A stretch of 63,850 bases of DNA, filler included, from Reclinomonas americana ATCC 50394 (Eukaryota), in assembly GCA_048213135.1 (NCBI GenBank). It is 9 parts of 4 records of this genome, joined end to end, with 100 filler letters (N's around TTAATTAATTAA, not from the genome) between each part and the next. Parts side by side here need not be neighbours in the genome. Positions count along the whole stretch, not along the records: positions 33,882 to 43,442 come from PS015726.1; positions 43,543 to 51,105 come from PS015727.1; positions 51,206 to 57,289 come from PS015727.1; 6 more parts are not named here. One strand, 5' to 3'. This document shows positions 39,133-55,200 of this stretch, one piece after another. Positions within the stretch are counted from its first letter, which is position 1. Every line of letters starts with the position of its first letter. The notes beneath the pieces were generated by a model. That model did no database searches and was not told the origin of the DNA. It saw nothing but the letters and a program-made list of their open reading frames with translations. A program made the translations under genes and the position numbers.

Positions 39133-41112
39133 TCATTCATCCAGTACGGCGGCGAGTTCGTTCAGCCGGGTGGTGGACGCGCCACCGCTCCGTGTGGGTG
39201 ATGCTGGAATACGGGTGGTGCGGGCATTGGCCGCCGGTCGAGTCGTGGTGGGGGCGGTAGGGGCAGTGCGTCGCCGTGGGATGACGACCCAGCTGCTGCG
39301 GAGGCGGGTTTGGATTTCGACGCCGAGGCCGCTGCTGCTGCTGCTGCCGCCGCCGCCGCTGCTCCTGCAGGGCGTGCACGTTAAGTCACAAAGAGAGCGA
39401 GAAATCTGTGGGACGATAGGAGAGCGTGCGCGGGGGAACCTTGCTGCTTCGTGGCAGTGTGGATAAAGAAGGCGATTTCTGCATGCATGCCAGCGCGACC
39501 GAATCGTGATTTTCCGGTGCCCTGTGTTTACGGACATGAGTGGTGACGAAGGGAAAGAGAGGCATATGATCGAAGAGATGGCACAGGCGATGCTCAACAG
39601 AGCACACGTGCAGAGGAGGGGAGGCGATAGTATTGCGAATCGTCATGAGACAGGAAGAACGCGCGTTGTGCAGAGCAAGGGAGGCGAGAAGTGGCGAGAA
39701 AGGCACCAAACACGCGTTCCTAATGAGAGGAGAGTTCGCATGCAGAGGAGGGGAGACAAGAAAATGTCGAGAAAGAAAGAACGCGCGTTGCTGATGAGAG
39801 GAGAGTTCACGTGCAGAGGAAGGGAGGCGAGAAAATGGCGACAAAGGCACCAGATACGCGTTATCGATGACCAAAGCACATGAGAGCACACGTGCAGAGC
39901 AAGGAGGCGAGAAAAAGGCGAGAAAAAGGCGAGAAAAAGGCGAGAAAAGGCACCTGACACACGTTGCTGATGACCAAAGCACAGGACCGCACACATGCAG
40001 AGGTAGGGAGGTGAGAAACGGCGAAATCACGTGACAGAAAGAACGCGCGTTGCTGATGAGAGGAGACGACGCACACAGAGGAAGGGAGACAAGAAAATGA
40101 CGAGAAAAAGAACGAACGCACGTTGTTGACGACAGGAGAGTTCACACGCAGAGAAAGAGAGGTAAGAGAAATGGCGAAAAATCACGTGACAATATGAACG
40201 CGTGTTACTGATGACCAAAGCACAGGAGAACGCACATACAAAGAAAGGAAGCGAGAAAAAGGACGATCGAGCTGCATGACGAAAGGGCTCACGTGCAGAG
40301 GAAGACAGGCAAGAAACCACAAAGCAGCTCACAGCTCAAAGCGCCGTGTTCCCGGCTTCACGAATAAAAACGTGCAGGGGAAACGAGACGTGATGAAAGG
40401 AGAGGCATTCTCTAATCCGACCACATAAACAGGGACGACAATCGACATCAGAGAGACTAAACACCGCTGGCGCACCACACGCACCATCTCTCCAGCCGAC
40501 GACGCGCCGACCCCCCGCGGCAGTCCAGTCATACCACCCACAAGCAAGCTCTCGTGAAACTTGAGAAACGCCTTGTCAACGAACTGCAGGCTGTGTTCGT
40601 GCACGGGGAAGCCACGTTGCGTATCAAAGAGCTCCTTGTCCAGATCGCGTCGTCGAATCATGCGCTGCGCACGCCGTCTCCTCACGGGAACGCGTGGTTG
40701 CGCGCCCGGCGCTGATCGCCGCGCCGGTGGTGGTCCTGTTTACAGGCAAATCAGAGAGAGTGGGTGGAGGCAAAGAGGCGAGGATCAGGTACCCACCAAA
40801 CAACGTCTTGGCGAAACCCATCAACGCATCGACGCCCTCCTGCGCACATGGCAAAAAAAAAAAAGAGTGAGAGCGAGTCATGAAAAGGGACATGCATGTC
40901 ACAAACCTTATCGTCGACAACCCTCCTACGCGAGCGCGGTGGATCACGCTGTGCAAGGAGGACTGGTGAGTCGCAGAGTGAAACACACACACGCACACAC
41001 ACACAGAGAGAGAGATAGAGAGAGAGAGAGGAGGGAGGGAGAGAAAGAGAACAAAAGCAAGCAAGAACACAAACATCAACAGTCGGACTCAGATGCAGCG
41101 CGTTCCCCCACA

Positions 41113-41191
<79 letters not shown>

Positions 41192-41749
41192 CACACACAC
41201 ACACACACACNNNNNNNNNNNNNNNNNNNNNNNNNNNNNNNNNNNNNNNNNNNNNNNNNNNNNNNNNNNNNNNNNNNNNNNNNNNNNNNNNNNNNNNNNN
41301 NNNNNNNNNNNNNNNNNNNNNNNNNNNNNNNNNNNNNNNNNNNNNNNNNNNNNNNNNNNNNNNNNNNNNNNNNNNNNNNNNNNNNNNNNNNNNNNNNNNN
41401 NNNNNNNNNNNNNNNNNNNNNNNNNNNNNNNNNNNNNNNNNNNNNNNNNNNNNNNNNNNNNNNNNNNNNNNNNNNNNNNNNNNNNNNNNNNNNNNNNNNN
41501 NNNNNNNNNNNNNNNNNNNNNNNNNNNNNNNNNNNNNNNNNNNNNNNNNNNNNNNNNNNNNNNNNNNNNNNNNNNNNNNNNNNNNNNNNNNNNNNNNNNN
41601 NNNNNNNNNNNNNNNNNNNNNNNNNNNNNNNNNNNNNNNNNNNNNNNNNNNNNNNNNNNNNNNNNNNNNNNNNNNNNNNNNNNNNNNNNNNNNNNNNNNN
41701 NNNNNNNNNNNNNNNNNNNNNNNCAACGACACACACGATTGTCAGTGTC

Positions 41750-41787
<38 letters not shown>

Positions 41788-42033
41788 CCCTCCTCTCTCT
41801 CTCCCTCCCAGTTCCCTCTCTCTCCCAGTTCTCCCTCTCTCACCTGATCAAAGTCATCTGACAACTCATCCGCCTCCGCATCCTCGCCCGCAGCTCGTCT
41901 CTTTCGCGATCCACTTGCTGTTGTTGTTGTTGTCGTTGTCGTTGTTGTTGATGATGTTGCAGAGGCGGCTGCAGCAGCCGCAGCAGTGCCAGTCATTGAC
42001 ATGCGCTTCTTTGCATTGCTGGAGGACTCCATC
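39133..42033 (-). CDS. Uncharacterised multi-exon protein
   Basis: MESSSNAKKR…AEADELSDDFDQ|gtgag first exon, then EGVDALMGFAKTLFG and RMIRRRDLDKELFDTQRGFPVHEHSLQFVDKAFLKF exons. Confidence 0.4.
39520..40320. repeat. Degenerate purine-rich intronic tandem repeat
   Basis: Recurrent aagaacgcgcgttgctgatgag, cacgtgcagagg, gatgaccaaagcac and (aaaaaggcgag)n blocks. Confidence 0.65.
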
Positions 42034-42485
42034 TCTAAATGAGAGAGAGAGAGAGAGAAGAAAGTGAGATTGCAGTGCAGTGTGAGGAACACGCTTCTCT
42101 TCCTTTTGCTCTTTCTCTTTCTGTGTGTGTGTGTGTGTGTGCAACGAGGTGTGGTCGATGGCCATGTCACTTTTGCGTTCGTTCGTGCACGTGTGTGAGC
42201 TTGCTCTTTTGTGTGTGCGTGTGTGTATGTGCGAGGGAGAGAGTAGGGAGGAATAGAGAAAGAGAGGATTGACGAACGCACCTGTGTTATGTGGAAAAAA
42301 AGGGTTTTTGTGCTTGGTTTACAGCTTACATACAGTTTCGCTGCGTTTTTCGAGGTCACGATTGCCGACAAGCAGCAGCGTCGATCGACAACGAGTGTGC
42401 TGCGTGGCTGCATGCGATCGCGATTGTGAGAAAACGGCAATGCAGCTCGCACCACACAACAACAATTTCCTTCGAATTCACCGCA

Positions 42486-42780
42486 GCGACAAACAATTGC
42501 GAGCGACAGCTGTCTTGATGTCCAAAACATCAACACAAACGCCAATCATGAGGCAGCAGCAGGTTCCTTTAGTGTGTGTGTTCGCTCTCGGAGATCCGAA
42601 CAAGTCGATCGCGAGAACTGCGAAAAACAGCGGATTTGACGCACTTGCATAAGACGCATAGTAGCGTTTTCTGCGATCGTACACGGCACATCGAATTCGG
42701 GGAAAGGCCATAAGCCAGGCAAACAAAGCAAATCCGGGTCCGGATCCGTGAAGCAAGCAAGGCAGTGGAGGCGTCTTTGA
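42486..42780. repeat. Dispersed repeat copy B (homologous to 25448-25715)
   Basis: Same colinear blocks as copy A, same orientation, with indels. Confidence 0.85.
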
Positions 42781-43165
42781 AGGTACAGGTGGTGGTGGTG
42801 ATTATGCCATACGATGCTGTTTTCCGTGATGTCTGAGTTTCTGGTGCTCACTCAAGATGGTGATCATCATACAGCTGTGTTGCTGTTTGGATTAGTAAAG
42901 TTGTTTTTGTTGTTGCAGCACGTCGTGTTGCCCTGCAGTGTGCACGAGCTTGACAATTGTATATATGCGCAATCGACTAATTGCCTGCGTATCGCAAGCA
43001 ATTCACACGCATGTCAAGGACTACGATGTGTGAAGTACATGCTGCCTGTGCACGCAGCGCACGCTCTCGGCCGCGATCGGAAAAACCACCTGTGTCCGCA
43101 TGTTACAATTGCAAATTTAATTCGATATCGATCACGTACGTATTCACCAACACAAAGAAGAGCGA

Positions 43166-47792
<4,627 letters not shown>

Positions 47793-47888
47793 GGCACATG
47801 GTCGGCCGTGCGGTATTCCCCTTGCGAATCAATCTTCATTATCAGGGATGAATTGAACACTCTACCTTATGGCCATTATCACTCATCG

Positions 47889-50293
47889 TCACGTCCACGG
47901 CAAAAAATTAACAAACAGTGCCAGACCGACCACGGCATACAGCACAAAGTACCGCACAATCAGCGGGCCGGCCAGCGAGTGCGGTGAACCGTGCCACACC
48001 ACACGCATCACGAACAAGAGTGCAGAGCGCGACGACGATTCAGCCGAGGCTGCCAGCGATTCCATATCACTGGTGAACCCCTCTTGCCACGATTGTCGCA
48101 TGCGCTGAAAGATGGAGCTGCGTGGTATCACGGTGCGGAATATTGTCGACGCGTCGGCTGCGCGGACCGCTTTGCCTCGCTGCAGCAAGTCGCTTGTCGC
48201 TGTCGACACGGCACGGATCTTGCTCGAGGCATCCAACGTGGCGCCCGCCAATGCCGCCGCACTGGTGCCTGTGGCCGCGTCCCATCGCGGTTTCTTGAGA
48301 AGCGACGACGAAGCAGATGGCGGCGGTGATGACGACGACGACGTGATCAGTGAGGAGATACGGGACGGCGATGATGCCACCATGTGGTCCGCAGACCGAC
48401 GCATCATGCCGCTGACCACGTGCGCCGCAAACCAATAGAGAGCAGGTGCGTGGCTGACGAAGCGCGTCATCACCTGCACGTGCATGAAGAACAAGGCAAA
48501 GAGCGACAGCAGTGCCCTGTGCAAGGCAACACTCGGTGAGCACATACGGCTCGATTCACTCACTGACTCCCGCACCGACTCACCAGTAGTACACATGCAC
48601 GAGGATGGCAACCGAGTAGAATCCACCCTCCTGCAGCGACAGACTGCGAAAGCGATCGCACAGCGCAGCCGTGACATCAACTGCCCACGTAGCACCGCGA
48701 GTGAGATCGCCCATGAACTGAATCGCCAGCTCATGTCTTCGACTCACCACCGTCATCTCCACCACCGTTGGCGGAACCCTCGCCTAATCTCTGCTGTTGC
48801 GCAAACATCATGGGTTTCGGCACAGAGGCGTCAAAGTCGCGCAGACTCGACACTGGCGCCGCCACGCCCGCCGTCCAGAACGCCTTCGGGAAGCGCCTGG
48901 CGAATGACACCACCGCCGCCACCGCCATTAGCAGTATCGGTGCGGCCAGCAGAAAGTTCGGCACCTGCTTCCACTCGTAGTACGACAGGAAGCCGACACC
49001 CCAGTACGTGCGTTGCACGTACGAGTACACGTCGGGGAAGCTGCGGAGGGCGAGGAAAATGAGCAAACCACAGACCCTGCTCACAACAGCGATCACGCAA
49101 CTACCACTGGCACCACTCAGGCGGCGCATCGGCGCCACACAGATTCTCGCTCGCCGTGTGCGCCACATACACGTACGGTACGGCAACCGCCCCGCACGCC
49201 GCCACCGTGCGCACGAGAACCCACAGAGCGCGCAGAATGCTAAACATGACGTCCGACTGCACGACAAGACAACGGCATGAGACTCGACAACACCCATGCA
49301 AAGCGCGCGCCACACGCCGCACCGACAAGGACAGCATCTGCCGCAGCTGGTGCACGGCATGAAAGAGGAGAAAGCCGACCAGCAGAACTCCATTGGCACG
49401 CGTGGCAGCCGCCACCACAAAGCAAGCCGTGGCCCACAACACTTGATCCCCAGCCAGCGCATACAAGCCAGCCACGGCCACCAACATAAACATGCCCTCC
49501 GTGTACCTGCAACACGTGATCATTGATAGCCACGCTCAGACACCCAACACACACACACAAAAGCACGCACGGTGCCACGTAAAACGTGAGCGCGGGATTG
49601 AAGCAAAAGAGGAGACCGCTGAGGAAGGCCAGTTGCGCATCCAACACCGTGCGCACAGTCAGTCTGTACAAGAGCACCACTGACAACACAGCAAAGAGCA
49701 TGCCCACGAGCTGCGCAGCCACGGCCAACAGCAGCACACGATCGACAGCAGAAGGCATCACAACGCCCACTGTTTGACAAAATGGAAAAAAACAAACAAA
49801 CAACACAGTCACGAGGCAGACTGCATGCATGATAAACATAAGCAAAAAGTGACACTTGCCACAGTCTGCACTCCAGTGCCACACAGCAGGCCAGGCCGGA
49901 AAAAACGCATACAACTTCTCCTCAATGCCATACTGCTCATCGGCGATTCGTGCAAAGTACACTGCGTCCCACTTGAGCAGCGAGCAGGCCATGCGCACAG
50001 GCACTGAGGCCTCACTGTCACACAGAGAGACAGAGAGAATCACAATCAGTCTCTCTCTGTGTGTGTGAGAGAGGTGTCAATCACTCTCACACATGCCTCT
50101 TTGTGCAGGCGGGTAACACGGCGACATCGCTGCTTGGTGAGTGATCCGGCATAAGTGCGTCACTCCAGCAGGCCCACACCAGTGCAAGCAGACGCACACA
50201 CACAATGCACTTGACAAGCACATATTCATGTCGCCATTGCGTGCTGCTGGGAGGAGGAGGAGAGGGAGAGGCAGGCACAGGCCTCCTCTGCAT
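47889..50293 (-). CDS. PIGV: GPI mannosyltransferase II (PIG-V/Gpi18)
   Basis: [13 protein letters not shown]…[94 protein letters not shown]. Confidence 0.93.
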
Positions 50294-50885
50294 TCTCGCC
50301 TCTTTTTTCGTATTNNNNNNNNNNNNNNNNNNNNNNNNNNNNNNNNNNNNNNNNNNNNNNNNNNNNNNNNNNNNNNNNNNNNNNNNNNNNNNNNNNNNNN
50401 NNNNNNNNNNNNNNNNNNNNNNNNNNNNNNNNNNNNNNNNNNNNNNNNNNNNNNNNNNNNNNNNNNNNNNNNNNNNNNNNNNNNNNNNNNNNNNNNNNNN
50501 NNNNNNNNNNNNNNNNNNNNNNNNNNNNNNNNNNNNNNNNNNNNNNNNNNNNNNNNNNNNNNNNNNNNNNNNNNNNNNNNNNNNNNNNNNNNNNNNNNNN
50601 NNNNNNNNNNNNNNNNNNNNNNNNNNNNNNNNNNNNNNNNNNNNNNNNNNNNNNNNNNNNNNNNNNNNNNNNNNNNNNNNNNNNNNNNNNNNNNNNNNNN
50701 NNNNNNNNNNNNNNNNNNNNNNNNNNNNNNNNNTTGTTGTTTGTTTGAATTTCATTCATCGACTGTCTCTGTCTCTCTCTCTCATACTACTAACTGCTCT
50801 TTGTTTGTCTGCGTCTGACTGGTCCGCGGGTCTTGTCTATCGCCTTTTTTCCCCTTCCCCATTGTCTTGGTCGCCTCACAAGAGC

Positions 50886-51961
50886 TCACTCGGTGGTTGT
50901 TGTGGTTGTGGTGGTGGTGGTCGTTGCGGCATCGTCGGCCGGTGCAGCAGCAGCAGAGGCGGGGGCGGGGGCCGGCGAGGCGGCGCCAGAGTCGGCGGGC
51001 GGTGCGGCTGACTTGGTCGGTGACGAGCCGCTGGCGGGTTGCGCGCGGGCCTGGGCCTCCTCAAAGGCCGCCTTGAACTTTTGTGCCACTGTGGTGAGGG
51101 AGGAGNNNNNNNNNNNNNNNNNNNNNNNNNNNNNNNNNNNNNNNNNNNNTTAATTAATTAANNNNNNNNNNNNNNNNNNNNNNNNNNNNNNNNNNNNNNN
51201 NNNNNGGCTTGTCAAAGCGGTACAACTTGGCACGTCTGCGCACATACACAAACAAGGTGAGTGTCTACACAAGACGCACTCTGTGCGTGTGTGACAAAAG
51301 AGTGTGACGCAACGCCTTGAACAACTCGCTCTCCTCCTCCTCCAACGACTTGACCTCCACCTTCTCCAGCTCAACCAGCGGCTTGAAGTCTGATCGCCAC
51401 GCCTGTGTGTGTGTGAGAGAGAGACAAAAGTGTGTGTGTGAGTGAGTGAGAGACAACTCTCAACGGGACATGCTCATGCTCAACAACCAAAACTCGCACA
51501 CACACAAACGCGCACAGTTGCAACACTGGTGTGTCTCTCTATATACAAATGCAGCTCACACAGTGCACGTGTGTGCGTGTGCGCGTGACACTTGACACAA
51601 AAAACTCGCGCCCAAAAGTGCACACTCACAAACACACACGCACACAGAGAGACAACTTGTTACACGCCTGCTCACCCACACACACGCTTGCAAAGACATC
51701 TCTCTCACACACACTTGCGCGCCATGTCACGCACTTGTGATCCCCTTTTTCCTGCTGTCAACTCACCCTCTCCTCCTCTTCTGTGGGCTCTGCACTTGCA
51801 CCCTCTCCCTCCTCCTCGCCTGCTGCAGCAGTGGCCGCCGCAGAGGAGCCACCAGCAGCAGCCGCGCCAAATGAGAATGCACCCGCACCACCAGTGCCAA
51901 AGGAGAATGTGCCCGCAGCACCACCGCCAAACAGAGGCTTCTTCGGGGGTTCAGCAGACAT
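50886..51961 (-). CDS. RANBP1: Ran-binding protein 1-like protein (RanBD1), middle lost in a gap
   Basis: DFKPLVELEKVEVKSLEEEESELFK/ARAKLYRFDK…AQKFKAAFEEAQ, preceded by an N-terminal extension with LFGG/FSFG motifs. Confidence 0.85.
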
Positions 51962-52215
51962 TGGCTTTGCGCGGTGTGAGTGTCAAAATAAAGGTCGTGT
52001 CCTGCGCGTCGACCGTTGCAACTCATCTCGGACGCATTCGCGCGATGTCTGCTGCGCGATGTGCATGACTATGTGGTGCATATGCGTGTATTAGCAGCTG
52101 CGTGGCTTGTTGCTTTTGGTGTGCATTGCACGTGCGACGTTGCAAATGCAGCGTCCGGCTGTCCTTCGACGTTCGTTTGCATCACAAACAGTGTCTCAGG
52201 GGGGAGAGAGGCACC

Positions 52216-55200
52216 ATGGATCCACGCGCTGTGCCGATGGACATGGGCGGCACTCCGTATGGAATGCACATGCCTCCGGTACGCAGCAACGCACAAACAA
52301 ACAAAAACAAAGAAGAAAAGCATGAAATGTCTCACTTGTGACACACACTTGTCTCACACACAGGCTGCAACGCGCATGCACGCTGGTGCAGCAATGCCGA
52401 ATGCGGCATTGACGCCCGCCGGACAGCCAATGACACTGGAGGAGAAAGGTGCGTGTAAAGAGTGCGCGCGTAAAAGTGCGCAGGTCCATGTCCACGCTCA
52501 CTTTGCCTCTTTTGACACGCACGTGCAGCCAAAAAGTGGAAGAAGATGAATCAGAAGAGGTAATGCCGCAGAGTGCGCGTGCTCTTGCACACATACACGC
52601 ACAATGAGTGAGAGACTCTTTCTCACTTTCTCTCTTGTGTGTGCTTGCTTGCAGATACCACGACAAACGCAAGTTCGGCTACAGTGAGGTGCCGAAGGAG
52701 GATATGCCTCCGGAGCATTTGCGCAAGATCATGAAGGACCATGGCGATATGAGGTGAGAAGCAAGATTGCATGTATACTGCAGGAAACTCCATTCACTCT
52801 CCGTGCTCTGCGCTGCTCTTTCCACCTGCCTCTGTGGTTGTTCAACGTCGTCTCCTTCGCCCTCTCCTCTGTGCTCATCTCGTCGTTGTTAGTCTCTTGC
52901 ATCTTTCTCTCTTTGCTTTCTCTCTGTCTTTCTCTCTCTCTCGCTCTCTTTCTCTCGCGCTCTCTCTGCGTCGCGCTGCTCTGTTCAGCTCTGCTCATTC
53001 CACCTGCCTCTGTGGTTGTTCAACATCGTCTCCTTGGCCCTCTCCTCTGTGCTCACCTTGTCATTGTTTGTCTTCTGCATCTTTCTCTTCTTGCTCTCTG
53101 ACTCTCATGCTGTGCGCTGCTTTTTCTGGCTACTTCCGTGCCTGTTCAGACTCTCGTTGTCTCCTTTCGCTCTCTTCTCTCGCCTCTCCAGTTCTTGTCT
53201 CATCGCTGTTCGTCTCCTGCATCTCTCTCTTTCTCTCTCTTTGCGCTGTTCTGCTGTGCTCTTTCCGCCTGCCTCATGACTGATCAGTCGTCGCCCTTTC
53301 TTTTGCTTAGTCCTCTTCCCTTACCTCCTCTGTAGTTGTTCGTCTCCTGCATCTCTCTCTCCATCGTCTTTCTCGCTGCTCTCTACGCTACTCCCGTGGT
53401 TGCTCATCGCCCTTCGTACTCCTGTTCTCCGCTCATCTCTTGTCATCAACCCTTCATCGCGTACTTGTTGTGTCTCACTCGCACCGTCCCTTTGCCCCTA
53501 TTCCCCATTCACAGTTCGCGCAAGTTCCGTCGCGAGAAGCGTGTGTACCTGGGCGCGCTCAAGTACATGCCGCACGCCATCACCAAGGTACTGGAGAACA
53601 TGCCGATGCCGTGGGAGCAAGTTCGCGACGTGAAGGCGCTGTACCACGTCACCGGCGCCATCACCTTTATCAACGAGACGCCCAAGGTGGTCGAGCCCGT
53701 GTTTATCGCGCAGTGGGCCACCATGTGGATTGTCATGCGTCGTGAGAAGCGTGATCGTCGCCACTTTAAGCGCATGCGCTTCCCACCGTTTGACGATGAG
53801 GAGCCGCCGCTGGATTACGGCGAGAACGTCTTGGTGAGTGCACAGCGCAACAAGGCACATTTCTTCACTGCTCTCTCTCTCTCTCTCTCTCGCTCACGCT
53901 GCCACATGCTCTTCACTTGTTTGTTCGTGCTCTGCATGCTGTGCTCCCTCTGCTTGTGCCTCAAACGTTTCTGGTTTCTCTCGTTGTTCGTGTACCTTGC
54001 TCCCTCCTCATTTGTTCCGTTCTTCACTCTATTCGTCCTGCTCTCTTTTTCTCTTGTGCCTCGCCCTCACATTCTCTTTCTTCGGCACTTTTTGCTCACT
54101 CACCTCCCTTTTCCCTTCTTCCCCCTTTCCCTTCTATTTCAGGACGTGCAACCACTCGACCCGATCCAGATGCAACTGGACGAGGAAGAAGACGCGGCTG
54201 TGATTGACTGGTTCTACGACCAGCACCCGCTCTCCGACACCAAGTTCATCAATGGTCCCTCGTACCGCCACTGGCACCTGCCAATGCCGGTGATGGCCAC
54301 GCTGTTCCGCCTGTCGGGCCAGCTGCTCTCCGACACCATCGACCGCAACTACTTTTACTTGTTCGAGCCCAAGTCGTTCTTCACCGCCAAGGCGCTGTCG
54401 ATGGCCATTCCCGGCGGCCCCAAGTACGAGCCGCTGTTCCGCGACGTGGACACGGATGAGGACTGGAACGAGTTCAACGACATTAACAAGATCATTATTC
54501 GGCACCAGATCCGTACCGAGTACCGCATCGCGTTCCCGTACCTCTACAACAACCGGCCACGCAAGGTGCACCTCACCTGGTACCACTACCCGTCGCTCTG
54601 CTACATCAAGACCGGCGATCCGTTCCTGCCCGCGTTCTACTTTGACCCGATCATCAACCCCATCTCGGCGTACAAGACCGAGCACTCGCGTGTGTACGCG
54701 CACGTGATGGAGGAGGAGGAGGGCGAGTATGCCGACGATGATGAGGTGTGTGAAAGTGAGAGAGACTGTGGGGTGAGAGGAAGAATGAGAAGCTGACGTG
54801 TGTTGGGCCGTGCCTGTGCAGTTCTACCTGCCAGAGGAGATCTCTCCGTTCCTTGCCGACACTCCGCTGTACACGGACAACACGGCGAATGGCATTGCGC
54901 TGTACTGGGCTCCGCATCCGTTCGACAAGCGCTCGGGTCGCACACGACGTGCCCTCGATGTGCCGTTGGTCAAGGTGAGCTTTGCTTTGAAGTTTGTCGC
55001 TCTGCATACTTGTGTGTGTCGCCACTGGTTCGCCGAAGAGTTCATTTCACGAACTCGTGTCTCTCTCGACTTGCCCTCTTCTCACTCCGCTCTTTTCTTC
55101 CTCTGTCTCCCCTTTCCGTCTTCCTCTCTTTCTCTCATCAAGCCCTTCTCCATTCTGCCTTCTCCCTATCCCCCAATCTCTGCCCCCCTCTCTCTTTCTC

